Source of the DNA: Thermoplasmata archaeon
Lineage (GTDB): Archaea > Thermoplasmatota > Thermoplasmata > Lutacidiplasmatales > UBA184
NCBI GenBank assembly: GCA_028864975.1
Contig: JAGWLG010000032.1
Location: forward strand, 1-40,070
DNA length: 40,070 nucleotides
Direction: 5' to 3'
Part shown: positions 28,003 through 38,100 of the stretch, piece by piece
Numbering within the stretch: the stretch's first letter is position 1
Layout of the letters: the number at the start of each line of letters is the position of its first letter
Made by a program: the position numbers and the translations under genes
The notes under the pieces: generated by a model
The model's input: the letters and a program-made list of their open reading frames with translations, nothing else
The model's database searches: none
Told to the model about the DNA's origin: nothing

Positions 28003-29285
28003 AGCTCAGGACCCTGACGGGAACGAGGTTCCCGGCCACATGCGCCTGTGGCTGCAAGACCCCGATCCCCGCCAACCCCGAGGTGAAGGTCACGGTGGAC
28101 TTCGACACATCGAGGCCCCGGCTCACCTACCTCCCGTCCCACGCCCCCGATGCGGGCAGGTGGAGGGAGAACGGGGGCATCGCGCACGCAGAGCCCACCC
28201 CGAGCCCGCCCAACGGTGGGAACGGGCACGCGACGGGGTTGCCGGACGCATCCCTGCGGGGCGAGGGTCCTCGGGACGCGTCCTCACTCGGACGGCACGG
28301 CTGCCCCCCGTCCTCGTTCACCCCCGCGAGCGCCCTCCCGGCGACGACCGCCGCCCCGCCCCGTGCTCCTGATCCGCCGAGGCCCCCGAAGGCCCCCACC
28401 CCGCCCATCCCGCTGGCCCTCTTGGCCTCGGAAGCCGCCCACACGGAGGAGGAGGCCTCCCTTCGGACTCACCCGACGTCCCGGGCCACGCCGTCGGGCA
28501 AGTCCTCGCTCGGAATCCCCTCCCTCTTGGTGGTTGGGGGCGAGGAGGCGGATTCCTCGCCCTCTCCCCAGGCGGGCCGCGCGTGGTCCTCGGGCGGCCT
28601 CACGGTGAACGCAGGGAAGTTCGAGTCGGTCCGCGCCGGGTACGCCGATTACGCGCTCCCTGGCGAGACGGCCGAGCAGCTCGGGGTCCGCGTGAACGCG
28701 GTCATCGAGGCGGACCTCCGGGCGAAGATCGCGCTCCTGGTGCGGCTCCACCGGGAGCTCGGGATACCCGGCCCGGAGTACCTCCGTCCAACCTCTTCCC
28801 CGGCCACGTCGGCCGGGGCCCCGCAAGGGGCCTCCGCGGCATCTTCCGGACTCACCCTACGGGCGAGTCCTCCCTCTGAACCTTCGGTTCCTCGGTCCTC
28901 TCCTCCCTCGGTCGCGACCTCGCGGGCCTCCCACGCGAAGGGGGAGACGCCAGCCTGCCCTCGTGCGCAAGAGGCTGGCGTGGGAGGGGCCGACGGCACG
29001 ACCGTCCCCTCCCGAACGGACTCTCCCGTCAACGACCTGGTCCGCCGCGCCCTCGCGGAGCTGGTGACCGACATCTCGGTGAAGCGGCGCCAGGCGAAGG
29101 ACAAGGCCGCCAAGCGGTTCTGCGAGCTGCGAGGGCTTCAGAGCCTACGTCAGTGCGGGAGCGCGGACATCGACGCCCTGGAGGCGCTCTTGAATACGTT
29201 CGAGCGGATCGACGACTGGTCGATCCACGCCGGCTACGGGGTCCCCGCGCCGCAACTCGAGGACCGGGTTGTCATCCACGCGTGA
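27999..29285 (+). CDS. Hypothetical P/S/A-rich protein with three ordered domains
   Basis: Starts at the ATGA overlap (MKLRTL). N-terminal CACGC..H motif, central GLTVNAGKFESVRAGY + helix, C-terminal helical domain, low-complexity linkers. The track ORF extension back to 27099 is a shadow frame. Confidence 0.7.
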   Translation: MKLRTLTGTRFPATCACGCKTPIPANPEVKVTVDFDTSRPRLTYLPSHAPDAGRWRENGGIAHAEPTPSPPNGGNGHATGLPDASLRGEGPRDASSLGRHGCPPSSFTPASALPATTAAPPRAPDPPRPPKAPTPPIPLALLASEAAHTEEEASLRTHPTSRATPSGKSSLGIPSLLVVGGEEADSSPSPQAGRAWSSGGLTVNAGKFESVRAGYADYALPGETAEQLGVRVNAVIEADLRAKIALLVRLHRELGIPGPEYLRPTSSPATSAGAPQGASAASSGLTLRASPPSEPSVPRSSPPSVATSRASHAKGETPACPRAQEAGVGGADGTTVPSRTDSPVNDLVRRALAELVTDISVKRRQAKDKAAKRFCELRGLQSLRQCGSADIDALEALLNTFERIDDWSIHAGYGVPAPQLEDRVVIHA

Positions 29286-29497
29286 GGTTGCAGGAGCGGG
29301 AGAGGCGGCGGGAGCACGACGCGCTCGTCGTGGAATGGGACTGGCAGTACCCGGGGTGGAGGTTCGTCCACCTGACCAGCGGAGGGCCATATGATGCCGC
29401 GAGTGGCCCGCGCACCCATTATCAGGCCAAGACGCCACATTACCCCGATGTCACCGCCGACTTCCCCGTGGCTGGTCTCCGCTCATGCGCTTACTAG
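29282..29497 (+). CDS. Small hypothetical protein
   Basis: GTGA overlap with the preceding stop; reads MRLQERERRREHDALVVEWDWQYPGWRF... Confidence 0.55.
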   Translation: MRLQERERRREHDALVVEWDWQYPGWRFVHLTSGGPYDAASGPRTHYQAKTPHYPDVTADFPVAGLRSCAY

Positions 29498-30149
29498 GCA
29501 CGCCGAGCGACACCGTTCGCGTGTCGGGGAACTCTTCCCGTCTCAAGTGGTGCCCAAGAGAATCAAGACCGAGTCGTTCGGAGAACACGATGTGGGGTTC
29601 CGCGAGTCTCGGGACGGAAGCATCGATGACCTGGAGGAGGCCACGTTGGAGTTCAAGCACTTCCTTGAAGACTGTCGATCCGCGCTGGACTACGCCGCTT
29701 TCCACCTCTATCGGTCGCTTGTGACATTTGGTCCTCTCCCCGAGAAGACCCCGAAGGTGTACTTCCCTTACAGCGAACGCCTGACGATGCCTGCTGACTT
29801 CAGGAGCCGTCAAGTTCCCGGCACCGGCACTTGGAGGTACGCGCCTCAAGAGGTTGTGGATGTTCTGATGGAGTCACAGCCTTTCCGACACGACGAGCAC
29901 TGGTGGCTGCCGAGGGTGTGCGAAACCCTGAACGAGGCGAAGCATGAGAATCTCGTCCCAGTCCATGTGGGGGACTCCGAGAATGGTTGGTACTACAATG
30001 TCGGAGACGAGTGGTACCGCTTCCCGTCCCGGATCCCTCTCGCGACGAGCTCTCGCTACCCGAAGGCGATAGACATCGACCATCTGATGATGTCGACCGT
30101 TCAGGATCTTCCGAGAATCCTCGAAGCTGTAGTGTCGGTCGCGCCCTAG
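29391..30149 (+). CDS. Putative HEPN-like protein
   Basis: FLEDCRSALDY...VYFPY...QPF..WWL....LNEAKH pattern of a widespread helical family with an N..KH motif. The true start is probably further downstream (ATG 29448 or later). Confidence 0.55.
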   Translation: MMPRVARAPIIRPRRHITPMSPPTSPWLVSAHALTRHAERHRSRVGELFPSQVVPKRIKTESFGEHDVGFRESRDGSIDDLEEATLEFKHFLEDCRSALDYAAFHLYRSLVTFGPLPEKTPKVYFPYSERLTMPADFRSRQVPGTGTWRYAPQEVVDVLMESQPFRHDEHWWLPRVCETLNEAKHENLVPVHVGDSENGWYYNVGDEWYRFPSRIPLATSSRYPKAIDIDHLMMSTVQDLPRILEAVVSVAP

Positions 30150-30201
30150 ACCAGTGGTTGCGTTACATCGCTGACCTCGAAGAGAAGGTCAGCGTTGATT
30201 G

Positions 30202-30435
30202 CCCAACCCGACCGCCGTCCCGCCCCCGAGCACTTCGCCACCCCCTGAGAGGTCCCCCCGGTCGGCGTCGTCCCCTTTCAAGGGCACGGCGACTCGGCCC
30301 CCGACGCCCGCCGCCGCGTGATCACTTCCGTCGCTTGGCCAGAGGCTTGTCCGCCTCGCGCCGCTCGGTGCTGATCCTCGACTGGTCCCTCTTCTCGAAG
30401 CACGGGGTGCAGACGGTGACGTAGCCCCCCTCCGG
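30202..30435. repeat. Direct repeat, copy 1 (Zn-finger gene 3' end + downstream promoter-like segment)
   Basis: Ungapped match to 39837-40070. Hand count: 22 mismatches in the 120-nt non-coding part and 4 in the 114-nt coding part. Confidence 0.95.
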
Positions 30436-30567
30436 GAGGTGGACGTCCCAGTGGAAGACGTGGCGGTCGGCGAAGCTCTTGTGGCAGTCCGCGCACTCCA
30501 TGGCGCGCGGAGCCTCCACCTTGGGCTCCTTCTTGGGCTTCGAAGGAGGCGCGGTTCCTTCCATCAC
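30322..30567 (-). CDS. Small CxxC-x24-CxxC zinc-finger protein
   Basis: CADC...CTPC. The reading frame is conserved in the second copy at the window end. Confidence 0.8.
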   Translation of the reverse strand: MMEGTAPPSKPKKEPKVEAPRAMECADCHKSFADRHVFHWDVHLPEGGYVTVCTPCFEKRDQSRISTERREADKPLAKRRK

Positions 30568-30647
30568 GATCCACCCGAGACACCGCGGACCAAGGCGGTT
30601 GTGGTTCGCTCACCACCTCCGCGCAGGGGTGACGCTGGCGCGACCCG

Positions 30648-30677
30648 CGCCCTCTCCTCCCTCGTGAGGAGAGGGCG
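30648..30677. promoter_or_regulatory. 11-bp-stem hairpin covering the SD of the 30680 gene
   Basis: CGCCCTCTCCT-(8 nt)-AGGAGAGGGCG, ending 2 nt before ATG 30680. Confidence 0.5.
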
Positions 30678-30679
30678 TC

Positions 30680-31096
30680 ATGGTGCTCATCCAGCTCACC
30701 CTGGAGCGGTTCGAAGCGGAAGCGAGGGTCCGCTGCGGGACGTGCGGCCGGGAGGAGCCGTTCGCACGCGGGGCGGTCCTGCCCGCGTCGGGCGGGGCGC
30801 TCGAGGTCCAGGAAGGGCGAGTGGTCGCGAGGACGTGCGGGCCGTGCTGGGAGGCGTGCCGCTCGGACGGCTGGGCGTGCTCGGGGTGTCAGAGGGCGAA
30901 CCCTCAGTGGATGAACGGGTGCCTGGGGTGCAACGCCTACCGGCCCGACCCGCGGCCCTACGCGCCGGACTGGGACCTCCGGACACGGGACGAGGCCGAT
31001 AACGCGCGGGAGGCGCGAGCGTACCTCGAGGAGGTCATCCTCGAATTCGGTTCGGCCGCCGTGTTCGGGTCAGATCGAAGGTGTGAGCGGATCTGA
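30680..31096 (+). CDS. Double zinc-finger protein including a RanBP2/NZF-type finger
   Basis: CGTC..CGPC, then WACSGCQRANPQWMNGCLGC = W-x-C-x2-C-x3-N-x6-C-x2-C. Confidence 0.75.
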   Translation: MVLIQLTLERFEAEARVRCGTCGREEPFARGAVLPASGGALEVQEGRVVARTCGPCWEACRSDGWACSGCQRANPQWMNGCLGCNAYRPDPRPYAPDWDLRTRDEADNAREARAYLEEVILEFGSAAVFGSDRRCERI

Positions 31097-31594
31097 GCGG
31101 GCGAGCGCGGCCCGGCCCCAGGGTGTCTTGACGACCTCCTCGATCAACCGGTGCTCGCGGTGCCGGGCTTCCGCGTGGAGCTCGCGGGTGAGACGCGCCG
31201 CAACGCGACCCCAGGCGAGCTTCGCGAGGCCGGGTCCGGGCTCGCCCTCCCAGGCCACGTCCCAAGAGGTCTGATGGCCGGCGGCGAAGATCGCCTCCGT
31301 GCTCTGGAGGTGCGCGAGGAGAAGACGCCCCTTCTTGATCCGCACGTCGAGGACGAGGGCGCGCGGCCCTTCGCGTCGCGCGGTGCAGTGGTAGGTCCAA
31401 CCGAGGCGCGGGCGGTGGATGGTCCTGAGGACGCCGCCATCCGAGGTCCGCTCGACCTCGTCCCACGAGCCGGGGGGAGGGTCGAAGGAGTCCCCGAGCT
31501 GCGAGCAGCGCAGCCACAGAGACTCGACGATCGAGAGGGGAGCTGGGAAGAAAGTGCGGGCGCGGTAGAGGAGGTGCATCCGTTCTCGGCGCAA
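31070..31594 (-). CDS. Hypothetical protein, possibly SRPBCC/START-like fold
   Basis: Pattern of a beta-strand series followed by a long C-terminal amphipathic helix. The fold call is tentative. Confidence 0.6.
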   Translation of the reverse strand: MRRERMHLLYRARTFFPAPLSIVESLWLRCSQLGDSFDPPPGSWDEVERTSDGGVLRTIHRPRLGWTYHCTARREGPRALVLDVRIKKGRLLLAHLQSTEAIFAAGHQTSWDVAWEGEPGPGLAKLAWGRVAARLTRELHAEARHREHRLIEEVVKTPWGRAALARSDPLTPSI

Positions 31595-31597
31595 CGG

Positions 31598-31951
31598 CTA
31601 GTGGGCTGCGTCAGGGTAGACTACGACGGGAATCCGCACGGAGGTCCTGTCCCTCCTGACGAATCCGTTCGGGTCGGGCAGCTCGGGCCGGAGACGGCCG
31701 ACCCTTCGCGGTTCGGAGAGACCTTCCGGGGCATTCTCCCTCGTCCGCCGCGCTGGAGGCGTCAAGCGTGTGGACCGACCCGCGTTGGCCGACTCGAAAT
31801 CCAGCAGCGCGTTGATCGCTCGGTCGACCGAGACCCCCCGGCCGAACCGTCGCCGTAGCCGCTCTCGGGTGCTTCGATGCAGCCGCGAGAAGGTGTACTT
31901 CTCTCGATTGGCCCTAGGGTGGCTCGCCCGCGTGGAAAGACGAGGTGCCAT
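31598..31951 (-). CDS. RHH/antitoxin-like DNA-binding protein
   Basis: YTFSRLHRSTRERLRRRFGRGVSVDRAINALLD resembles archaeal RHH 'ttI.l...t.erL.......esyd.vI..Lld'. Confidence 0.7.
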   Translation of the reverse strand: MAPRLSTRASHPRANREKYTFSRLHRSTRERLRRRFGRGVSVDRAINALLDFESANAGRSTRLTPPARRTRENAPEGLSEPRRVGRLRPELPDPNGFVRRDRTSVRIPVVVYPDAAH

Positions 31952-31993
31952 GCGGCCGTACATCCTTGCCCTGGTTCAAGAATCTTTGGCAGA

Positions 31994-32024
31994 ACCGGTG
32001 TGCACACTTGGACCGGTGTGCACA
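31994..32024. promoter_or_regulatory. Tandem 13-bp direct repeat ACCGGTGTGCACA (18-nt period), putative operator
   Basis: Exact copies at 31994-32006 and 32012-32024, each holding the palindromes ACCGGT and TGTGCACA, in the divergent intergenic region. Confidence 0.7.
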
Positions 32025-32047
32025 TTCCTCGCAATTCGCGAGTACGC

Positions 32048-32054
32048 ATAAATA
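32048..32054 (+). promoter_or_regulatory. TATA-like box upstream of the giant gene
   Basis: ATAAATA in a GC-rich background, about 90 nt before ATG 32142. Confidence 0.45.
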
Positions 32055-32141
32055 GGGCGTCGCCGGTCATTCTCTACTTGGGGGCGAGGACCTGGAGCGT
32101 TTCTTGAGGGGGATGACGCACCGGGCTCTCTTCTTGGAGCC

Positions 32142-35100
32142 ATGGGAGCATCGACCTCAGGGAGCACAGCGAGTGTAGCCGTCCGAACGAGGAGCGCCGT
32201 GTCCGTCGCGGCCGCTCGCGCCACGAAGAAGGCCGAGCGAGCCCGCCAGCTCCTACACAAGTACGCCGCCGGCATCCAGATCAAGCTGGGTCCATTCATC
32301 CTCTCCCCTCAGGGGAAGGCGATGTTCGCAGGGTTCGCGGCGGGGCTGATGCTAGTGTCTGCGGTCCCGACTGAGTTTCACCAGGCAAGTTCCGGTCTGG
32401 CCGGTCCACTGGATTCAGGATTCTCTAAGATGAACCCGACCACCCCACCATATGTCCTCCCGGTATCGGACTACCCCTCTCCAGACACCCTCTACCAGCC
32501 GGGCAATTTTTCCTTCCCTCGCCTTGGCACCACCGCACTCGGAGGCGTGCCGTCCTACCTTCTTCTAAGTGCAGGGGACCCGTTCCATCCCGTGACCGTC
32601 GACCTGTCGCTCAGAGTCGCTGGTCGTCCCGACAACGCCGTAGCCGTGGCTGTCGTCGGCCCCGACGGGGTCATGTCGAACGGCACAGACATTCGCGATA
32701 CGGGAGCGCCTGACATTCTACACCTTGCGACATCCAACGTCAACCCCCATGAGAACTACTCCATCAATCTGGCACAGCTTCCGGGCTTTGTGGACGGTCG
32801 GTATTTGGGCGCAAACCCTGCCTGGCTCTTCATCAACCTCTCCGGTCCGTTCAACGAGAGCGCAAGTCTGTTCCACAACTTCAACGCTCAACAACCCTCC
32901 ACGAGGTTTTGGAATGTCAGTCTTGCTCCGTTGTTGTCTTCGGGATTGAATACCACGGGCACTTCTGCCTCCCTTCTCGGATCTCGACTTTATCTCAGAT
33001 CCGGCGTCTACTCGCCAACGCTCGCTCAGGAGATCACGAACCAGTCCGTTCCGGGCTGCCACAGCGAGTGCCCCATCCCCAATACGCCCATTCTGTGGGG
33101 GCAGCCAGCTCCGATCCCGGGTTTCTACGAACGAGTAACCGGCGATGACCTCGTCGTGAATGGTTCTCAGTTGAGTGTGGTTGCTTCTGGGGCGAGCTCA
33201 ACGCACATCGCCGTTTCTCAAGACGCGGGGGCGGCTTGGGCAGCGGTGGGGGATGTGTCTGGAGTTTCCCCTCACATGGCATTGGGCCCGCTGGGTGTCC
33301 TTGTGACGACCCAGGATCCGACTCTAGGCGTGCTCGCGACCATGATCCCATTCGGAAGTGTGCCGAACACATCCGTCAGCCTCGGCCCAGGTCTGAATGC
33401 GACCCCGGTCTGGGACTCCTCATTCATGGGAGTCCTCGTCTCCGGGACCTTCCACATTGACCCGCCGGGAGACGAGCAGTACACTCGCACCGGCATGGTC
33501 TGTTTCAGCTCCGTAGACGGCGGTGTGAGCTTCTCTCAAGTTCGACAGTCTTCCAACCGCAGCCTCGTCAATGTCTCCCTCGCATCGGTGAATCCAATCT
33601 TCAACTCGGTCGGGCAGACCCGCGTAGACACCCCGGGGGGAGAGCCGGGACAGATTGCAGCCGTTGGGACGGGCTCACAGATCTTCGCCGTGGTTACCAG
33701 TAGTATCGGTGGAGAGGTGGTCCCTCTCATCGCTGCGACGCCTGACGATTGCCAGACTTGGAACACGACGCTCGCCCCCGTGCCCAACGGGGGTTCGGCC
33801 ATGGATCCTCAGATCGTACTTAGCGGCAATGGGTACGCGTACGTGTCCTGGCGAGAGGATGGACAGGGAGAGTGGTCCGTTGATCAGGGGGTCTACGGTC
33901 TGAACGGGCACGCGTGGGCCGTTCCCGCCGCCCTACCCGGGAGTCAGCAACCCCCAGCCGAGGGTCCGATCGCCATGCTCGTGGACCCATTCAAGCGTCC
34001 CGTACTCGTGTGGTCGGTCAACCCGTCTGGCACCCTGGGTGTTGGGAGCTACTCAGGAGCCTTCCTTCCTCCTCTAGCGTTGTCTGAGTTGTTCCGAGTT
34101 CAGGTTGCTCAGCTTGAGCGACTCGACTTCAAGGATTCCAACACCGAGCACGACTCGGCCTTGAACCGCCTGGCCATTGGGTTGGTCAGCTATGTGAACG
34201 ACAGCAACTATCTCGCAGCAGTTCAGGGGCTGCTGGAGCTTTACCCTAGGGTGACTAACGCGTCGTTCTTGCCTCAAAGTTCTACCTATTGCCTCTTGAA
34301 CACGTCTCAATGCGTCTCGACGGCCCTTCCACAACTGTATGAGTGGATACAGAACCTGACGGGACCTCTTGCACCCAACCAGTTCCTTCCTGACTACGTT
34401 GACCTTACGCTCGAATCGCTCGGGCTAGGGATTCTCAGCCCGCCCCCGGGGGACGCCACCATCTCAGGCACCGCGTCAGTCAGCGGCACCTTGCTTTACA
34501 TCAACCCCATCACGTCCGAAGTCTCGCTCTCTTGGTACTTCCCTCCCACCATCCTTCAGCGCCCTGGGTTCAAGATCAACCTTGGTCCACCTGCTTATAT
34601 CCATGAATGTCCTGCAAACTCACCAGGGTTCAACTACGTCGTCGTACTCGACGGCAATCTAACAGAGGACTCCGCGACCAGCTTCTCCGTATCAGTGACG
34701 GCGGGGTTGGGTTCATCTCCGCCATCCACGACATTCGATACGACGGCGAGCACGGCGAACGCCTATCTCACCGACCTGGGCCTTCACGTTTTCACCCCGT
34801 GGACAGCCACGGTGGTAGGCGCGTACACACAGACCACGACCTACTATGATTGCTATCACGTGCAGGGTGTCTTGACCGCCTCTTCCCCGACAGGCCAGAC
34901 CCTCACGTCACCAACCCTCAGCTCGGTAGTCAAGGTGGAATATGGGACCTATGGTGGCCCGATTACCGGCGGGTCTCCCGAGATCGTCCAGCTCCATACC
35001 ATCCTCGATTCCAACGGGAATCCGGTTCCTGGTGTCCAGGGGGTCTCGCTTCAGTGGAACAACACTGAACCGGCCTACGTTTCCGTTGGCCCCTCACTAA

Positions 35101-38100
35101 CGGACAATTTGGGTACCACATACACACCGTACACGAATCTCCAAGGATTCTCCCCCCTAACGCCCGCGCCACCAGAGCCCCTCGACAGTCCTGGAAGCTA
35201 CTGGTTCCAACCCGTGACCGGGGTGGGATCGTACGACCGTGTCAGTTTCACTGGCTCGACCCAAGTGGGTACCGACTTCCCAACGGACGCTCCCGGGACG
35301 ATTCCTCAGGGAACGCCTCGGGACCAAATTGTCCACGCCGGGGGTCCCACTAGTTCGCCGGCAGCGACGCAACCGTTCGCTTGCACGTTCTTGGTTTCGG
35401 CGGGTCCTTCTCTGAGCCAACCGATGGTTTCTGAACTGGAGGGAGGTGTTTACGAGGTCTCCTGGACCGCCAACGTCGACTCGGCAGGAACGGCCGAGGT
35501 CCGCGATCTGGCGTCCCCCGGGTTCGTTACGTTCGGTGCTATCCCGGGTCAGGTTGCGGGTGTGAATCAATGGGCTTTCAGCGTAGTGCTTCGGGGGATC
35601 ACGGATTTCGACGTAGTTCAGGTGATAGTGTCGAACAGCCTGAGCAACGGTTACGCTTGTTACTCAAACACGGCGTACGCATCTGTCACCTTTGCCACCC
35701 CAGGACAAGTCTCGTTGAGTGAGCAGGACCTGCCGTACGATTCAGTGTCGCAGCAGGGAGGGGGAGCGTGGATTACGTGGGGGCTCCCATCATGGTTCCT
35801 CGCCGCCCCGGGCCTCACCTATTCCGGGGGGGAAATGGTCTACGTTCCAGAAAGTGCCCCGAGCGGGTTCGTGCACGTTCCGCTCACTTCTCTAGCCGAA
35901 CTATCGACCCAATCGGGAAACTTCCTGGAGAACCTGACGACCTTGACACCTGGTCTCACGTACGATTTGTCGATGACGCTCAACTTCACATTGCAGAACT
36001 ACCAAGGAACGTTCGCAGTCACTGCGTATCCGTTCTCCTTCACGTATCTCAAGGACACCTCCGGCGACGGACTTTCGGATGCCGAGAAGAAAACGGGGTG
36101 GACCGTAGCGTACACGGCCATCGATGGGAGCTCGGTCAACGATCACGTCACGGCTGACATCAACAGCTACGCAACGAACGGTCTGGTCAATGACCTCCTC
36201 GAGAAGGAGTACGGCCTCAATCCCAATAGGATTGACACATCTGGCAGCCACATGTTGGACACCTGGGATCTGACGTTCTCGAACCCCTCAGGGCAGTGTC
36301 CCGCAGGATTTGAGTGCTGGAACGAGGAGGGGACGAACTTCGATCCCTTCAGTCTGCCGCAATTCAAGGGCGTCGGGGTAGTCGCTCCTGGCGACCCTAA
36401 CGGCCCCACACCTACGAACTTCACGGAAGTCGGCGCGTCGGCGACGTATCCCTTTACCGGCCCCGACAGCTCGCCTTGGGGATCCGGTCAGCTCTGGTCG
36501 TTCTCTGATTTGAATGAGCTCCAGATGCTGGAAGGCACGAGACATACGGAATGGCTCCGTGCCATCCTTAGCTACACCCAGAACTTGGGTTGGACGGTGA
36601 CCGTGGAAGGGAAGCTGACATGGGGTGCCAATCCACTTGCTGCAAGTACCTACGGCGACGGGGTCGCGGACGGTTCTCGTGTGGATCCTCTGGGGCCGAT
36701 GTACTTCCAAGTCCATGAGTACTGGAATGTCTACGGGTTGAAAGACGGCCAGGGGACTGCGATGTACCTGCAGGCACAGCAGCCGTCCTTTTACACGCAA
36801 TGCTTCTGCGTGAACGTGTACACGGGATTCAGCCCTACGGAGTTCTCCTCCAGTGGAGTGGCCAGCGGTGGCTTCGGAGGGCCCCAGATCACCTACACAT
36901 TTGCGGTGGACGATACCTGGCAGTGGGTAACTTTCAACGCGTCTATCGTGGCGAATGAGGGCACCAGCGGCCAGAACTGTGCCCAGACCTGCACACAGCG
37001 AGTGACGGGCCCGGTGCAATCAGTCGACCTTGCCTCGAGCTTCCTGTCGGGAAATCCTGTCCAGAAGTACTTCGCGACAGGGAGCGGATATCCATTCCCC
37101 GATGGTGAAAGGGTTGATTATCAAGTGATGACGGTAGGCCTGCGCGGACCGACCAGCATTTGGGTCCCGGCGGACCAGTCCACGCTCTCGAATCTCCCGG
37201 TGGGACTTCAGCGATACACGGGCGAGCAGGACTTCGACCTCCTGGTAGTCAACTATGAGGGGAGCTCATACGGCGGATGTGTGAACCCCGTCGACTGGCA
37301 GAACGTCCCAATCCCGAACTCCCAGCAGACCTACACGTTCACCCTGCAGTGCGGGCAGAACAACATCCTCGTTCCGCGGCAGGCATTCCTGGATTCCGCG
37401 CTTGGGCAGACCCTCCTCGAGGGAGCGACAGTCCCGATTGCTGTGCCCTCTGCTCCTCCGTACGGCTTCCATAATCAACCCGTGTTCACTTGGGATTCTA
37501 CCCGATGGGCTCCAAGAGTGGACTCGACCCAGACTTCGGGCGACCGATTCATCACCGTGGAATCCTCAGGCTCGCAGACTTGCGGTCAAGGCGGCAATTC
37601 CGTCACATCCGCGTGTCAGGGACTTACGACCAACCCGGCTGTGGAGGCCGGGAATGAGGCATTACAGGTCCAGTCTGTGTTCATCCTGAACACGGACGAC
37701 CACAATATCTACCAGGAATACGACGTCAGCGACCTGCTCGCTGGTTTGCTGCTCGACACCAATGGGAACGTCCAGGCGACGCTTCTCGACTATACTCAGG
37801 AGCTTTCCACGCTAGATCTCTCCCAGAACGTTGTCACCGCACTGGCGAATCCTACTTTGCCAAACGTGGGATCGTACGGAGCTCCCACATCACAGTACAC
37901 TCCGCCACCTCCCCCGCCGCCTGCCCCCCCCGCCCAAGACTGCTCTGGGTTCTTGGGCGCGGCTACCTGCCTATGGAATTCCGTCGTGGGAGTCTTCACT
38001 GCTGTTGTTAACGGGATTACGACGATTGTCTCGATTATTTGGAACGCCGTGGTTGCGGCCGCGACGTACGTAGCTGACGCGGCGGCGGCCCTCGCCAAGG

